Source: Desulfobacterales bacterium (GTDB taxonomy: Bacteria > Desulfobacterota > Desulfobacteria > Desulfobacterales > UBA2174). From it: a stretch of DNA of 64,000 bases. Below are positions 54,007 to 63,721 of the stretch, one piece after another (positions within the stretch are counted from its first letter, which is position 1; the number at the start of each line of letters is the position of its first letter). The notes under the pieces are model-generated. The model searched no databases. It was not told the DNA's origin and was given only the letters and a program-made list of their open reading frames with translations. Location: NCBI GenBank assembly GCA_963668645.2, contig CAXXWC010000021.1, positions 896,001 to 960,000 of the forward strand. Direction: 5' to 3'. A program made the translations under genes and the position numbers.

Positions 54007-55566
54007 TCAGGCGGATTGGAGATGCCGGTAAGGCGGTTCGGTTGTCAGACGCCGATCCGGGATCGGCATGCCGACGGTGAACTGGTAGAGGCACTGGCAG
54101 CGCTCATCGGTTAATCCCAGCCGGCGATGGATTTGATCGTCGAAGAAGCAGCCGATCCCGGTGCCGCCCAGCCCTTCGGTTTCCGCGGCCAGGTAGAGGG
54201 CCTGGCCGATCCGGCCGCAAATCCAGAACAATTCTTTATAGCGGTGGGGCGCCTGGACCAGCTGGGCCTGAAAGTCGGCCACCATGGCGACAGCCATGAC
54301 CCCGTCTGCGGCGATGTCCTGATTACAGGCCAGGCTTCGCGCCTCGGACTGAAAATCCCCCGCCTCCAGGCGCCAAAGCCCTTCAACAGCCGGTACCGGC
54401 AGCCATTCCAGGGCGGCCCCGGAAGCCCGCACCAGAGCCCCGGCCGTCCCGGGGAACCGCTCATACCAGTAAAGACCCGACTCGAGATCTTCAACCCGGT
54501 GAATCCAGAGGGCCAGTCCGACTTGGCCTCCGGAACCGGTGGCCCTCAATATACGCTCCAGGGTCTCGATCCGGATAAACAGGGCGGCATCGTAAGCCTG
54601 GCCGCTGCGCCGCCGGCGCACGACGGCCGGGGAGACGGAAGTCGAACGGAATCCTTGCCGAAACAGAGAAACGGGCCGGCATGCTTTTGAGCTGGGATCA
54701 CTGTAACGCCGGGCCGCCCGCGCCACGGCCGGGATAACATCCCAATCCACATGGCTGGAGCTCAGTCTGCTCGGAGACGCGAGGATTTCCACCTTGGCCA
54801 AAGCCTCAACGACCTCGGCAGACAAATCGAGGCACGCCGGCGGGCAGCCGGCAGGATGGATCCAGGCGATCAGTTCCGGCACCTCGGTTTCACCGGCAGG
54901 CCAGTCGGTCCGATCGAGCCCCAAAATCCGCTCGGCTTCCTCGTCCGAAACCGCGTCGAGCACCGTGGCACGCCAACCGAAAAAGCCGGCGGCCACCTCC
55001 AGCGCGGCCAAGGCGTGACCGATGTCGAGCTGGCAGTAGCGCCAGGCTCTTTCCCCGTATTTCCACGCCTCGCGCCAGAAGATGCTCGTCAGTCCCACCA
55101 GCAGCCCCTCGCTGCCAAGATGCTCCACCAGCGCCTGCCACAAGGCCGCATCGATCCGGCCCCGGGGTTCGAGCATGTGGCCCAAGGGATTGTAGTGGCA
55201 AAGGCCGGCACCTGGTAAAGCCCGCGGCGGCACAACCAGATGAGCTTCGGTGGGGTGCAAATTCCCGCTGGATGGGTTGATGCGCAAGGCCCAGCGGGAT
55301 GGACCGGCCACCTTCCAAGCCGACAAGGCCAGTGAAAGGGCCAAAAAACCGCCGATGGACGATGGCGAAAAGGGGGCTGGGAGGGTTGGCAGTGCAAGAT
55401 CAGTATCGTTCAAAGGCAGGCGGAGCGGCGGCAGGCCGCGATAAAAACGGAACGGTTCCGGCTGGTTGGCCCAGTCCAGAAATCCGGCCGAACGCGCATA
55501 GGCCCCCGGCCGGTGTTTGGTGCGCCGGTGGTAGGCGAGAACCGTCTCTAACTCCGCGCTGCTCAT
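54007..55566 (-). CDS. SagB/ThcOx-like nitroreductase family protein (two domains)
   Basis: YHRRTKH, LRINPSSGNLHPTE, WKYGERAWRY, GIGCFFDD. Confidence 0.88.
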   Translation of the reverse strand: MSSAELETVLAYHRRTKHRPGAYARSAGFLDWANQPEPFRFYRGLPPLRLPLNDTDLALPTLPAPFSPSSIGGFLALSLALSAWKVAGPSRWALRINPSSGNLHPTEAHLVVPPRALPGAGLCHYNPLGHMLEPRGRIDAALWQALVEHLGSEGLLVGLTSIFWREAWKYGERAWRYCQLDIGHALAALEVAAGFFGWRATVLDAVSDEEAERILGLDRTDWPAGETEVPELIAWIHPAGCPPACLDLSAEVVEALAKVEILASPSRLSSSHVDWDVIPAVARAARRYSDPSSKACRPVSLFRQGFRSTSVSPAVVRRRRSGQAYDAALFIRIETLERILRATGSGGQVGLALWIHRVEDLESGLYWYERFPGTAGALVRASGAALEWLPVPAVEGLWRLEAGDFQSEARSLACNQDIAADGVMAVAMVADFQAQLVQAPHRYKELFWICGRIGQALYLAAETEGLGGTGIGCFFDDQIHRRLGLTDERCQCLYQFTVGMPIPDRRLTTEPPYRHLQSA

Positions 55567-55604
55567 GGCGGCTTTCTGAATGCCCGACTCCGGCGGACCG
55601 CTGA

Positions 55605-56147
55605 TCAGTACTGCTCCAGGTGCAGGAAGGCTTCCACCTCGCGCCGCTTGGGGGCCGAAGGGGGCTTGGCCGGATAGCCCAGGGGGATCAGCGCCACCAG
55701 TTCGCATCCGTCCGGAACCTTGAGCACCTGCTTGGCCCGATCATGATCGAAATGCCCCACGATCACCGCGCCCAACCCCAGATCGTGGGCCGCCAGGCAG
55801 ATGCTCTGGGTGGCAATGCCCAGATCGAAAAGGAACCAGTCGCCAAACTTGGTGGTTGCCTGCTTGTCGTAGTAGCCGCTGGTGCCCAGCCGGCCGCAAA
55901 GGGCCAAAACCACCGGTGCGGCGCCGATCGCCTTGGTGGCCGGATTCTTGGGGCCGATGGTTGCCTGCAAGCTCGCCTTGATGGCCAGATCGCGCACCAC
56001 CACCACCTCCCAGCACTGGGTGTTGGCCCAGGAAGGAGACCATTTGACGGCTTCCAGGACGCGGCGTACCTGATCTTCAGATACATCCCGGTCTTTGAAT
56101 TTGCGGATGCTGCGGCGTTGTTCAAGCACTTGAAAAAATTCGCTCAT
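55605..56147 (-). CDS. Nitroreductase family protein
   Basis: RRSIRKF, SPSWANTQCW, LAAHDLGLG, LGYP. Confidence 0.92.
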   Translation of the reverse strand: MSEFFQVLEQRRSIRKFKDRDVSEDQVRRVLEAVKWSPSWANTQCWEVVVVRDLAIKASLQATIGPKNPATKAIGAAPVVLALCGRLGTSGYYDKQATTKFGDWFLFDLGIATQSICLAAHDLGLGAVIVGHFDHDRAKQVLKVPDGCELVALIPLGYPAKPPSAPKRREVEAFLHLEQY

Positions 56148-56320
56148 GACTCGCCCCCCGATTCTTTGTCAGGATTTTTTTGGCAGATGCAATCCGATTC
56201 ATCGCAAAGCGGACAGACGTAGGCGTCTTGCACCGGCGGTGCGGAGAAATGGGCGCGCCTGCGGCGCCGCAGATAGACCAACGCGCCTAATAGAACGAAT
56301 AAAATCAAAATCTTGATCAT
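56144..56320 (-). CDS. Small (58 aa) membrane-anchored Cys-rich protein, absent from the ORF track
   Basis: MIKILILFVLLGALVYLRRRRRAHFSAPPVQDAYVCPLCDESDCICQKNPDKESGGES*; fills the gap exactly, with ATGA overlap onto the next gene. Confidence 0.7.
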   Translation of the reverse strand: MIKILILFVLLGALVYLRRRRRAHFSAPPVQDAYVCPLCDESDCICQKNPDKESGGES

Positions 56321-56324
56321 TATA

Positions 56325-57224
56325 TCAGCCCACCAATGCCTCTAACGCCTTTTCGATGGTTGGATAACGGAAGACGAATCCGGCATCCTCAAGCCGCCGC
56401 GGGACAACACGCTGGCTGGCGAGCAGCGTGCCTGCCATCTCGCCAAGAGCCAGACGCAGCACCGAGGCCGGAGTCGGCAGCCGGGCCGGACGGCCCAAGC
56501 GCTGCCCCAGAGCCCGGGCAAGATCCTGCTGGCGCACCGGCTCGGGAGCGGCCAGATTGACAGGCCCTTGAAATTCCGGCGCATTGATCAAAAAAAGCAT
56601 GGCATCGATCAGGTCCCGGATATGAATCCAACTGAACCACTGGCGTCCGGTGCCCAGCGGGCCGCCCAGTCCCCGGCGAAAGGCGGGTATCATCTGGGCC
56701 AGTGCCCCGCCGTCTGGGCCGAGCACAACCCCGAAACGCCCGCAGCAGACCCGGACGCCTCTCGCGGTGGCGGCCAGAGCCGCCTCCTCCCAGTCCCTGG
56801 CCAGATGGGCCAGAAAATCGTCTCCGGCTCCGGACGCTTCGGTGAGTTCCGCTTCCCCGCCATCGCCGTAATAGCCGATGGCCGAGGCGCTCAGCAGCAC
56901 CGGCTGCCCTTTGGGGTTCATGGCGGAAACCAGATGGCGGGTGGTGTTGATACGGCTGGTGTAGAGGGCCTGTTTGTACTTTCGCGTCCAGCGGCGGGCA
57001 ATGGTGGCCCCGGATAGATTGACCACTACGTCGGCCAGAGCGACCGCTTCTTGCCAGTCTCCGCACCGGGTGGTATCGACGGCCAGGTAGCAAAGACCGG
57101 GATGCGCCGGCCCCTCGGGCCGTTCCCGCCGGCCGGTGCCGGTCACCTGGTGGCCCGCCGCCAATAAGGCGCGGGCCAGATGACTTCCCACAAATCCGGA
57201 TATCCCGGTCACGAAGATCTTCAT
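56325..57224 (-). CDS. TIGR01777 family NAD-dependent epimerase-like oxidoreductase
   Basis: TGISGFVG, SASAIGYYG, GTGRQWFSWIH, ASQRVVP. Confidence 0.92.
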   Translation of the reverse strand: MKIFVTGISGFVGSHLARALLAAGHQVTGTGRRERPEGPAHPGLCYLAVDTTRCGDWQEAVALADVVVNLSGATIARRWTRKYKQALYTSRINTTRHLVSAMNPKGQPVLLSASAIGYYGDGGEAELTEASGAGDDFLAHLARDWEEAALAATARGVRVCCGRFGVVLGPDGGALAQMIPAFRRGLGGPLGTGRQWFSWIHIRDLIDAMLFLINAPEFQGPVNLAAPEPVRQQDLARALGQRLGRPARLPTPASVLRLALGEMAGTLLASQRVVPRRLEDAGFVFRYPTIEKALEALVG

Positions 57225-57248
57225 GGTCCCCTTTGCACCTGGAAGAGC

Positions 57249-57965
57249 CTATTCGATATGAAACTGACCCGACTCGATGTAAGGGATATCCTCGACATCG
57301 ATGGCCTGGATCACGGCCTGGTTGAGGCGTCGCTTGAGTTCGGCGATGATCTCACGGCGTTTGTCCAGCCCTCGGGCAAAGCCGATGGCCTCGTCCCACA
57401 GGGTTTCCGGAGGGCAGGCCTGGCGCACGATGTGATGCCGGGCGCACTCTTCGGCTGCCAGGCGGCATCCGGTGTACTCCATGGTCTCCACCATGTAACG
57501 GGGTATGGCCTTGCAAAGCAGCGCATTCATACCCGGCAGAAAGGGAATCCCCAGGTCGACCTCAGGAAAGCAGAAGAATCCGCGGCCGGTCTGCATCAAA
57601 CGAAAATCAAAGGCACAGGCCATGATGGCCCCGCCGGCGAAGGCATGCCCGTTGATGGCAGCCACGGTGAGCATGGGGCAGGTCACCAGCCGTCTGAACA
57701 GTTTGTTGAGCTGGTGAAAGAAGCCTTTGCAGGTCTCGATGTCGCCCTTTTGAATCTGGGGCACGAGCCATTCGAGGTCAATCCCGTTGCAAAAGATCTT
57801 GGCGTGGGCCGATCGCACCACCACGGCGCGGGCATCGGTATCGGCTTCGATCCTGTCCAAAACCTCCTGGAAAGCCGATAGAAATGCCGGATTGAAACGG
57901 TTCTCGCCGTCGTTAAGGGTTACCTGGGCCACGGTTCCGTCCACCTGCCAGTCCACAAGGGCCAT
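57249..57965 (-). CDS. Enoyl-CoA hydratase/isomerase family protein
   Basis: FCNGIDL, AAINGHAFAGG, FPEVDLG. Confidence 0.9.
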   Translation of the reverse strand: MALVDWQVDGTVAQVTLNDGENRFNPAFLSAFQEVLDRIEADTDARAVVVRSAHAKIFCNGIDLEWLVPQIQKGDIETCKGFFHQLNKLFRRLVTCPMLTVAAINGHAFAGGAIMACAFDFRLMQTGRGFFCFPEVDLGIPFLPGMNALLCKAIPRYMVETMEYTGCRLAAEECARHHIVRQACPPETLWDEAIGFARGLDKRREIIAELKRRLNQAVIQAIDVEDIPYIESGQFHIE

Positions 57966-58151
57966 GGTTGATACTCTCCTCAAAGCTTTGATTGAATTCG
58001 AAAGCGCCCGGTCGATCAGAATGATCGCTGCAATATGACATGACCGGCCGTAAAGCGTCAACTGCCCCAACGCGGCACTCGGCCCCTGAAAATAAGGGTT
58101 TTGAACCTTGACGCTTCGAAACAGAAGTGGTAAGAGGCGGACCACATTGAC

Positions 58152-58227
58152 GGGGATGTAGCTCAGCTGGGAGAGCGCAGCGTTCGCAACGCTGAAGTCG
58201 AGGGTTCGAATCCCTTCATCTCCACCA
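58152..58227 (+). tRNA. tRNA-Ala (CGC)
   Basis: GGGGATG..TAGCTCAGCTGGGAGAGC, anticodon arm CAGCG-TTCGCAA-CGCTG, GGTTCGAATCC, encoded CCA; 76 nt. Confidence 0.97.
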
Positions 58228-58235
58228 GATAATTC

Positions 58236-58270
58236 AAGGGGTTACGGCTATTGGTGCCGTAACCCCTTTT
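58236..58270 (+). terminator. Hairpin/intrinsic terminator after the tRNA
   Basis: AAGGGGTTACGGC-7 nt-GCCGTAACCCCTT then TT. Confidence 0.8.
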
Positions 58271-58598
58271 AAGTTTTCTACCTCATTTCTACCCTCGCTC
58301 AAGGCAGGGTAGAAGGCAAAACGGCTCCTGATTTTTGCTCCCCTGCCCTTTCAGGTCCCCGCGAAGAACCAACTCACGGTCGCCGAGGGCCACTTTTCTA
58401 CCGTTTATTTGGCAATCCAACAACATGGCTTTCTCCAATTTACCCTCAAGCTCGATAGTCTCTTATCTGACGGTGGCTCGGCAATAAACACGGTGTCGAG
58501 ATTCGGGCCAGCTTCTTGCCTGATATGATTGGATTTGCTACGGGAAATTGTAGTGACATCTGTTGCATGTCGTCACCCCACCGAAAGGAGCCTACAGA

Positions 58599-59147
58599 AT
58601 GAAAAAGTTTTTTGCCATTGCCGCGGCTGTGCTGATGCTGGCTGCATGTGCGAGCATCGACAGGCAGTACATCGTAACTGTTGATGTCCCTCCCGGTTGG
58701 GTTGAGGACGATGCCCATTTAAGTCTACCCGGCCGCGCCGCAAAGGTATCTCGCAGCTTCCACGATGAGCACGGAGGGGAGATTATAGTCGCTGTTACGA
58801 GGGTCGCCTACAAGTACGACGCGGGGAAGATCGATTTGACCGAGGCGTACAAAAAAGACCGGATGCGACGAGCAAGAACGACACAGTTGGAGATGGAGAA
58901 GACTGGGGCGACGAATTTCGAGGTAGACCTGCTTTCTGTAGACTTGAGCAAGCCTGTTGGGAAAATAAGGTCATGGAGGGCCAGCTTTCGCACTGGCTTG
59001 GCTGGAGAGCCAAAGCGGGGAAATATTGAGGCATTTCTTTGCACAGACGCGTTCGGCGGATTGATGGAGTACCTGATGATTTTGGCCTATCAGCCAGATA
59101 GGGCTGATATGTACGACAGCCAAAGGCTTGCAAGCCGTATGTTTTGA
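58599..59147 (+). CDS. Lipoprotein of unknown function
   Basis: AAGGAG RBS; MKKFFAIAAAVLMLAAC lipobox. Confidence 0.8.
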   Translation: MKKFFAIAAAVLMLAACASIDRQYIVTVDVPPGWVEDDAHLSLPGRAAKVSRSFHDEHGGEIIVAVTRVAYKYDAGKIDLTEAYKKDRMRRARTTQLEMEKTGATNFEVDLLSVDLSKPVGKIRSWRASFRTGLAGEPKRGNIEAFLCTDAFGGLMEYLMILAYQPDRADMYDSQRLASRMF

Positions 59148-59654
59148 CCGTGAGCATCAGGCAGCCTAAGCCTTGAGCCTTATTCACAAGACGAACGTAA
59201 TACGGAGTCTTTGGCAGGACCTTTCGCTGGTGGTGAAAATGGACGCCCCGAGGCCGCCGGCCCGGACATTGCCGGAAATCACGGGGGGCCGGCAGGGACG
59301 CCAAAAGGCTGAAAGGGATGGCGTGGTGTAACCCTTGCTCAAATAACGTTTACAGAAACGAAAATCTAACAGACCGCAAACGATTTGTCCGCACCACAAG
59401 ATGCAGGTAGCACGGCCAGGTCAGCAGGGTAGCCACAAGATGTTGTGGTGTCATGCCATGGGCGATTCAGGGGTTGCAGGACGGCACTTCGGGATTTGCT
59501 TGTGACGGGGTATTGGTGAACGGGCGAAAGTGGGAAGTTATCCACCTGACGAAGGCCCCCGCCGGATCGGTGGACCCTCCTTGCTTATTGTTCCCACACA
59601 TGCGAACCTGTCCCCATAGAAAAATCCCGAAAACCGAGATAAAGGAGGGGAACT

Positions 59655-59963
59655 ATGGAAGAAAAAGAAATGGTAGAAGAATGGTTTCAGATTAAGCACA
59701 CGGAATGCGGGGCAACATTTTTTATCAATGCATCATCCTATGCAAAAAACGTTCGGGCAAGAAACAAGGATATGTTCACCTGCCCTAACTGCCTGATGGA
59801 CATCAACGCGAAAAAGGAAGCTGGCAAAGGTGCTACTGACTTTATTCTTGATTTCATTGAGAACTATCAACGCTTGGTCCGTAAGGGAATAAAAATATCA
59901 GGACCTTTTTCTTCTCCGAATCTAAAATACACATTGTTACCAGTGATAGATAATGGTGAATGA
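59655..59963 (+). CDS. Small putative zinc-ribbon protein
   Basis: AAGGAGGG RBS; HTEC and CPNC pairs; AT-rich. Confidence 0.65.
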   Translation: MEEKEMVEEWFQIKHTECGATFFINASSYAKNVRARNKDMFTCPNCLMDINAKKEAGKGATDFILDFIENYQRLVRKGIKISGPFSSPNLKYTLLPVIDNGE

Positions 59964-59971
59964 ATATTGAT

Positions 59972-60014
59972 AGGCGCCGGCTCCCGCCAGAAGGGTAACG
60001 GGAAGCCGGCGCCT
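59972..60014. terminator. GC-rich hairpin between convergent genes
   Basis: AGGCGCCGGCTCCCG / CGGGAAGCCGGCGCCT. Confidence 0.5.
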
Positions 60015-60097
60015 GTCCGAAGCCCAGACGGTGGCGTTCGGACGATGCCCGCGGGCCGGCCAACTCGACAAAAAGCCGGCCGCGGGGTGTTCAGTGG

Positions 60098-60259
60098 TTA
60101 CGTCTTCGTCGTCCATGCCGACCCGTCGAAGATGTAGGTTGCCTTCGTGTCGGTCTCGAAAAACTCCGATCCCGCTGTCACTTCATCGGTTGGCTTGCTG
60201 TCGGTCGAAAGCCCGATGTAGAACTTTCGCCGGTTCGGTTGGTACAGAACTACGGTCAT
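60098..60259 (-). CDS. 53-aa phage-type protein immediately after the capsid gene, absent from the ORF track
   Basis: MTVVLYQPNRRKFYIGLSTDSKPTDEVTAGSEFFETDTKATYIFDGSAWTTKT*; GAGG RBS. Confidence 0.7.
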   Translation of the reverse strand: MTVVLYQPNRRKFYIGLSTDSKPTDEVTAGSEFFETDTKATYIFDGSAWTTKT

Positions 60260-60307
60260 CGCATTGCCTCGCTTTCATTGGGGCCGGATTACCGGCCCCC
60301 TTCAGGA

Positions 60308-62257
60308 TCAGCGCGCTGCAAGGGTAATGAACGGTGAAACCGTTTGCGTGCCCATGTAAGGCGTCACGGCCGATACAAACCGGGGCTGACCATCGAAAAA
60401 ATACACGAAGCGAAACACGCTTTGATCGTACAAGAAATAGACGTGAATGCTCATCGCCTCGTTGATATCGCCTTTGTTGGCGGTCAAGTAATGCGACCAA
60501 TCGCCAACCAGAATATCGCCTTGATCGCCCAGGCCGGAACACTGCTCGATGGTATGGCACGGGAGCCCGTTCAGGGTGGCAAGCCGGGTGCCTTGGTAAA
60601 ATTCCGTCTTGTAGAGCCGCGCCATTTCGCCGGCCGTGCCCACGTCGACGGTCAACGTGCTCAACTGCGGCTTGGTTTCGCGGTTGATCGCCCACGCGCA
60701 GTTGCGCCCCTCGCTGCAAAGCCGGGACTCCATCTTCAAGATGTTTTCCGTTACGATGGTATCAGCGGCCTGCCCGGTCTCGGCGGTCTGGGCGATCAGG
60801 CAAGGTGCGTTGAGCACGCCCAGGGCTTCGCCGGCGCCGGTGCCGCGGATGATCAGGTCTTGGGCCTTGAAGGCGAATTCTTCCCCGAAGACCTGGCGCA
60901 TTTCCTGACCCAAGGCGGTGCGGTTGTTCAGCAGCTCATTGCTGACCGGATAACCGCCCATCAACTTTTTGGGCTCGATCTGCAACATCGTGAACTTGGG
61001 CCTGGTCAGCTCCAGCTCGGCAAGCTCGGCCTCGGTGTAAATCTGCACCGAACCGCCGCGGTATCCGTTGGCCCGGCTGGACTCATCGATGCCCACCACC
61101 TTGATGTACTGACTTCCGGGGTTCAAGGTGCGCTCAGAACAAAGCCTCAAGATAACCCCATTGTTGAAGCCGGCGGTCATCAGCTCGACGGCCGATTCGC
61201 CTTCGATGAAAAAACCGCCCTCGCTTCCGATCCCCTGTTGCAGGGTCGGGCTGCCGGCCGCCCGGTTCTGCCGGTCTGCCGTTCGGTCAATCTGTGTCAG
61301 ATACCGCTTTTCGGCCTGTTCCAGGCGTTGGCGGGATTCACTGACAACAGACTGGCTGAAGGCATCCGGGCGGCTGTGTACCCGAATGTCAAGCAACTGT
61401 TGGCCCAGGGCCGCGGCCTGACTGCGGGCACGGTATACCGGTTGGTCCGGGATCTCGAAACGCTGGCCGCCGTCGCTGTAATCGAGCCCCTGGCTGTATC
61501 GCGGGCCTTCGGTCTGGCCGGCCCAGGCTCTCACGGCCATCAAGCCGTCATCGGCGATGCTGACGCCGGCCTCAATCGCCCCCAAGGCTTCATCGACCAG
61601 ACCGACCTGGCGCCAGTATCGGCCGCCGTCGGCTTCGCTGAGGTTTTCAAGGGCCTGCAATCCGTCTCTCAACTGCTGTTTGTAGTTCATCGTGACTCGC
61701 TTTCTCGGCGCCATGCCGGCGCCGTTGTTTTTGGTGGTATTCAGGTTTTGAAGGTGTCGTTTTGCAACACTGGTGTCGGTGTAGGCCGGAAAAACGCAAG
61801 GCGAACAGTCAATCAGTTCCGCAACACGTGTTAGGATCCGGACCTGCTCCCCACCCACTGTTTCCCATCGTTCACCAGTTCGGCCCTCAGGCATGATGAA
61901 CCCGAATGACTGCTGGGTGATCAGGCCGTTTTCTACATCGGCCACCAACTGATCGAATCGCGCCGATGCCTTTTCCGGGGCTGTCAATGTCATGTGAAGG
62001 CCGGTGGCGTCTTCTCTCAGGGTCAGATTGACACCCGTCCGGCCTACAATTTGACTCGGATCATGGTTGATCAGGCATCGAACGTCTGACCGCCGCAGGG
62101 CATCCGAAAAGGCCCCCGGTGCAATCTTTTCCCGAAAGCCGCCCAGATCTTCGGACAGCCGGTTGAATACCGCGGCGTATCCGCTGATCCGGACAGGGCC
62201 GCCGGCCGTTTTCCGGACCTCGAAGCGGGCCGGGAACGCTCTTGTCTCCTTTTTCAT
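60308..62257 (-). CDS. HK97-type prohead protease fused to major capsid protein
   Basis: SGYAAVFN..SEDLGGFREKIAPGAF, LINHD, QSFGF, PAYTDT; then EGGFFI, IIRGTG..ALGVLN, LVGDWSHY, DGQP, SPFITL. Confidence 0.92.
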   Translation of the reverse strand: MKKETRAFPARFEVRKTAGGPVRISGYAAVFNRLSEDLGGFREKIAPGAFSDALRRSDVRCLINHDPSQIVGRTGVNLTLREDATGLHMTLTAPEKASARFDQLVADVENGLITQQSFGFIMPEGRTGERWETVGGEQVRILTRVAELIDCSPCVFPAYTDTSVAKRHLQNLNTTKNNGAGMAPRKRVTMNYKQQLRDGLQALENLSEADGGRYWRQVGLVDEALGAIEAGVSIADDGLMAVRAWAGQTEGPRYSQGLDYSDGGQRFEIPDQPVYRARSQAAALGQQLLDIRVHSRPDAFSQSVVSESRQRLEQAEKRYLTQIDRTADRQNRAAGSPTLQQGIGSEGGFFIEGESAVELMTAGFNNGVILRLCSERTLNPGSQYIKVVGIDESSRANGYRGGSVQIYTEAELAELELTRPKFTMLQIEPKKLMGGYPVSNELLNNRTALGQEMRQVFGEEFAFKAQDLIIRGTGAGEALGVLNAPCLIAQTAETGQAADTIVTENILKMESRLCSEGRNCAWAINRETKPQLSTLTVDVGTAGEMARLYKTEFYQGTRLATLNGLPCHTIEQCSGLGDQGDILVGDWSHYLTANKGDINEAMSIHVYFLYDQSVFRFVYFFDGQPRFVSAVTPYMGTQTVSPFITLAAR

Positions 62258-62269
62258 CGGGGTTTCCCT

Positions 62270-62899
62270 TCAGCGAAGGCGCCGGTCGCCGTGCCCGTCT
62301 GGGTCGGCGCCGGGTTTGGGGTTGCCATCGCCTCGGACGTCTGACCTCGGCTGGGTGAATGGCGTTTTTGGCGTCTGCCGTCCGCCGGGACAACTATGGT
62401 CAGCAGCCTGGTGGCTGCGTTCTGGCATGATCTTGGGCTTCGGTGTCGGCCCCCGCCGGCTGTCTGATGGTGCGGGAACTTTCAACCGTGATCGGTTGCT
62501 CGGATCGAGGCCGAGTAAGGCCCCCAGCTGGCGGGCCTCTTTGAGATATTCGGCCATCAATTTGGCCTCGGGCCGGTACTTGAAAGCCACGGCGCCCGTC
62601 TTCTCGTTGACGACCTCATAGGTCCGTCCGTGCTTTTTCAAAACCTTCTGGCATTCGAGGACCTGCTCCATGCAGAGGCAATAGTTTTGGAGCGTGTCGC
62701 TGTCGGCCTCGGTCAACACGCGCATCCTTCGCAAAACTGGCAAGGTGTCACGCCAAACCTTCTTGCCGGCACGCCCCAAGACCTTCGGCGGTGCCAGATC
62801 GGTGACGACCTGATCAGGTTGGGGCTCCCGGTCGTTGATCGGCCGGCGGCCTGGATTGCCATGTAGGATCTTCAAAGTGGTCGGTTGTGGTGCTGCCAT
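62270..62899 (-). CDS. terS: P27-family terminase small subunit
   Basis: PTTLKILHGNPGRRPIN, PPKVLG, LGLDPSNRSRL. Confidence 0.88.
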   Translation of the reverse strand: MAAPQPTTLKILHGNPGRRPINDREPQPDQVVTDLAPPKVLGRAGKKVWRDTLPVLRRMRVLTEADSDTLQNYCLCMEQVLECQKVLKKHGRTYEVVNEKTGAVAFKYRPEAKLMAEYLKEARQLGALLGLDPSNRSRLKVPAPSDSRRGPTPKPKIMPERSHQAADHSCPGGRQTPKTPFTQPRSDVRGDGNPKPGADPDGHGDRRLR

Positions 62900-63146
62900 T
62901 TGTCACCTCTGCCTAAAAAAGTCCCATCTGCGACCTCTCGGGAATGCCTGAGAGCCGGTCTGCATGAAACGTCAGCTGTCAGAATATCAATGCCCATACT
63001 ACTGTTATCACTACACTTTTTCTCAACCATCTTTTTTGTCTCACTCAGTCTTTCGTCTTGTGGCTTGCCGCCGCGTCCCGCAGGGCATCGCATCGTCCTG
63101 CAGAACGAAGCCGCCGTGCCGCCCCTGGTGGCCGTGTCGGGCCTCA

Positions 63147-63407
63147 TCATTCGGCCTCATCGTCGCCGCCCTTGTCCGGCGCTTGTAGGCCGGCAAGTAA
63201 TTGGTCGGCCTGTTTGAAAACATCAAGCGTCGCGGACTTGAATTGATGAAGGCCGGTCAGATCCACCCGCGCGCATAAGTCGCTCAAGCACTGACTGACG
63301 AGTTTTAACGTCTTCTGGTATGCCTGATACCGCTTGGCCTTGTCGTCGGCCGGTGACGGATCGGTCAACGCCGGTGCCCACGCCGCGTATGGATCAACCC
63401 GCCCCAT
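63147..63407 (-). CDS. Hypothetical phage protein
   Basis: GGAGG RBS; overlaps the upstream ORF; same strand as the module. Confidence 0.55.
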   Translation of the reverse strand: MGRVDPYAAWAPALTDPSPADDKAKRYQAYQKTLKLVSQCLSDLCARVDLTGLHQFKSATLDVFKQADQLLAGLQAPDKGGDDEAE

Positions 63408-63672
63408 GGCCCGCCTCCCTGGTCCGTGTCTCGATTTGCGGCCGGTATTGAATGACCGGCGCCCCATCATCGCAACCCGGATACCACTTGCCCCGCAGCT
63501 GCCGAATGTACTGCTGCATACCGTCAATGGACGCGGCCGCCGTTTTCAGTTGGCCCGCCATCACGTCCAGATCGGCGCCAACCTCGACCGCCAGCACGTC
63601 GCGATAGATCCGATCTCGCATGTCAAAAAGTCTCTCTTTGACGTGATCTGTAATTTCGTTGTGTCGGTGCAT
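63394..63672 (-). CDS. Hypothetical phage protein
   Basis: MHRHNEITDHVKERL...; co-oriented and tightly packed. Confidence 0.55.
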   Translation of the reverse strand: MHRHNEITDHVKERLFDMRDRIYRDVLAVEVGADLDVMAGQLKTAAASIDGMQQYIRQLRGKWYPGCDDGAPVIQYRPQIETRTREAGHGAG

Positions 63673-63721
63673 TTTCGGGCCTTTCTCCCCATTGTAGGGG
63701 GTGGTTAACTGGCCGCCATTT

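Noticed and set aside
54007..55566. RiPP (azole) biosynthetic cluster
   Set aside because: No YcaO or E1-like partner and no convincing precursor; the neighbours are general redox genes.
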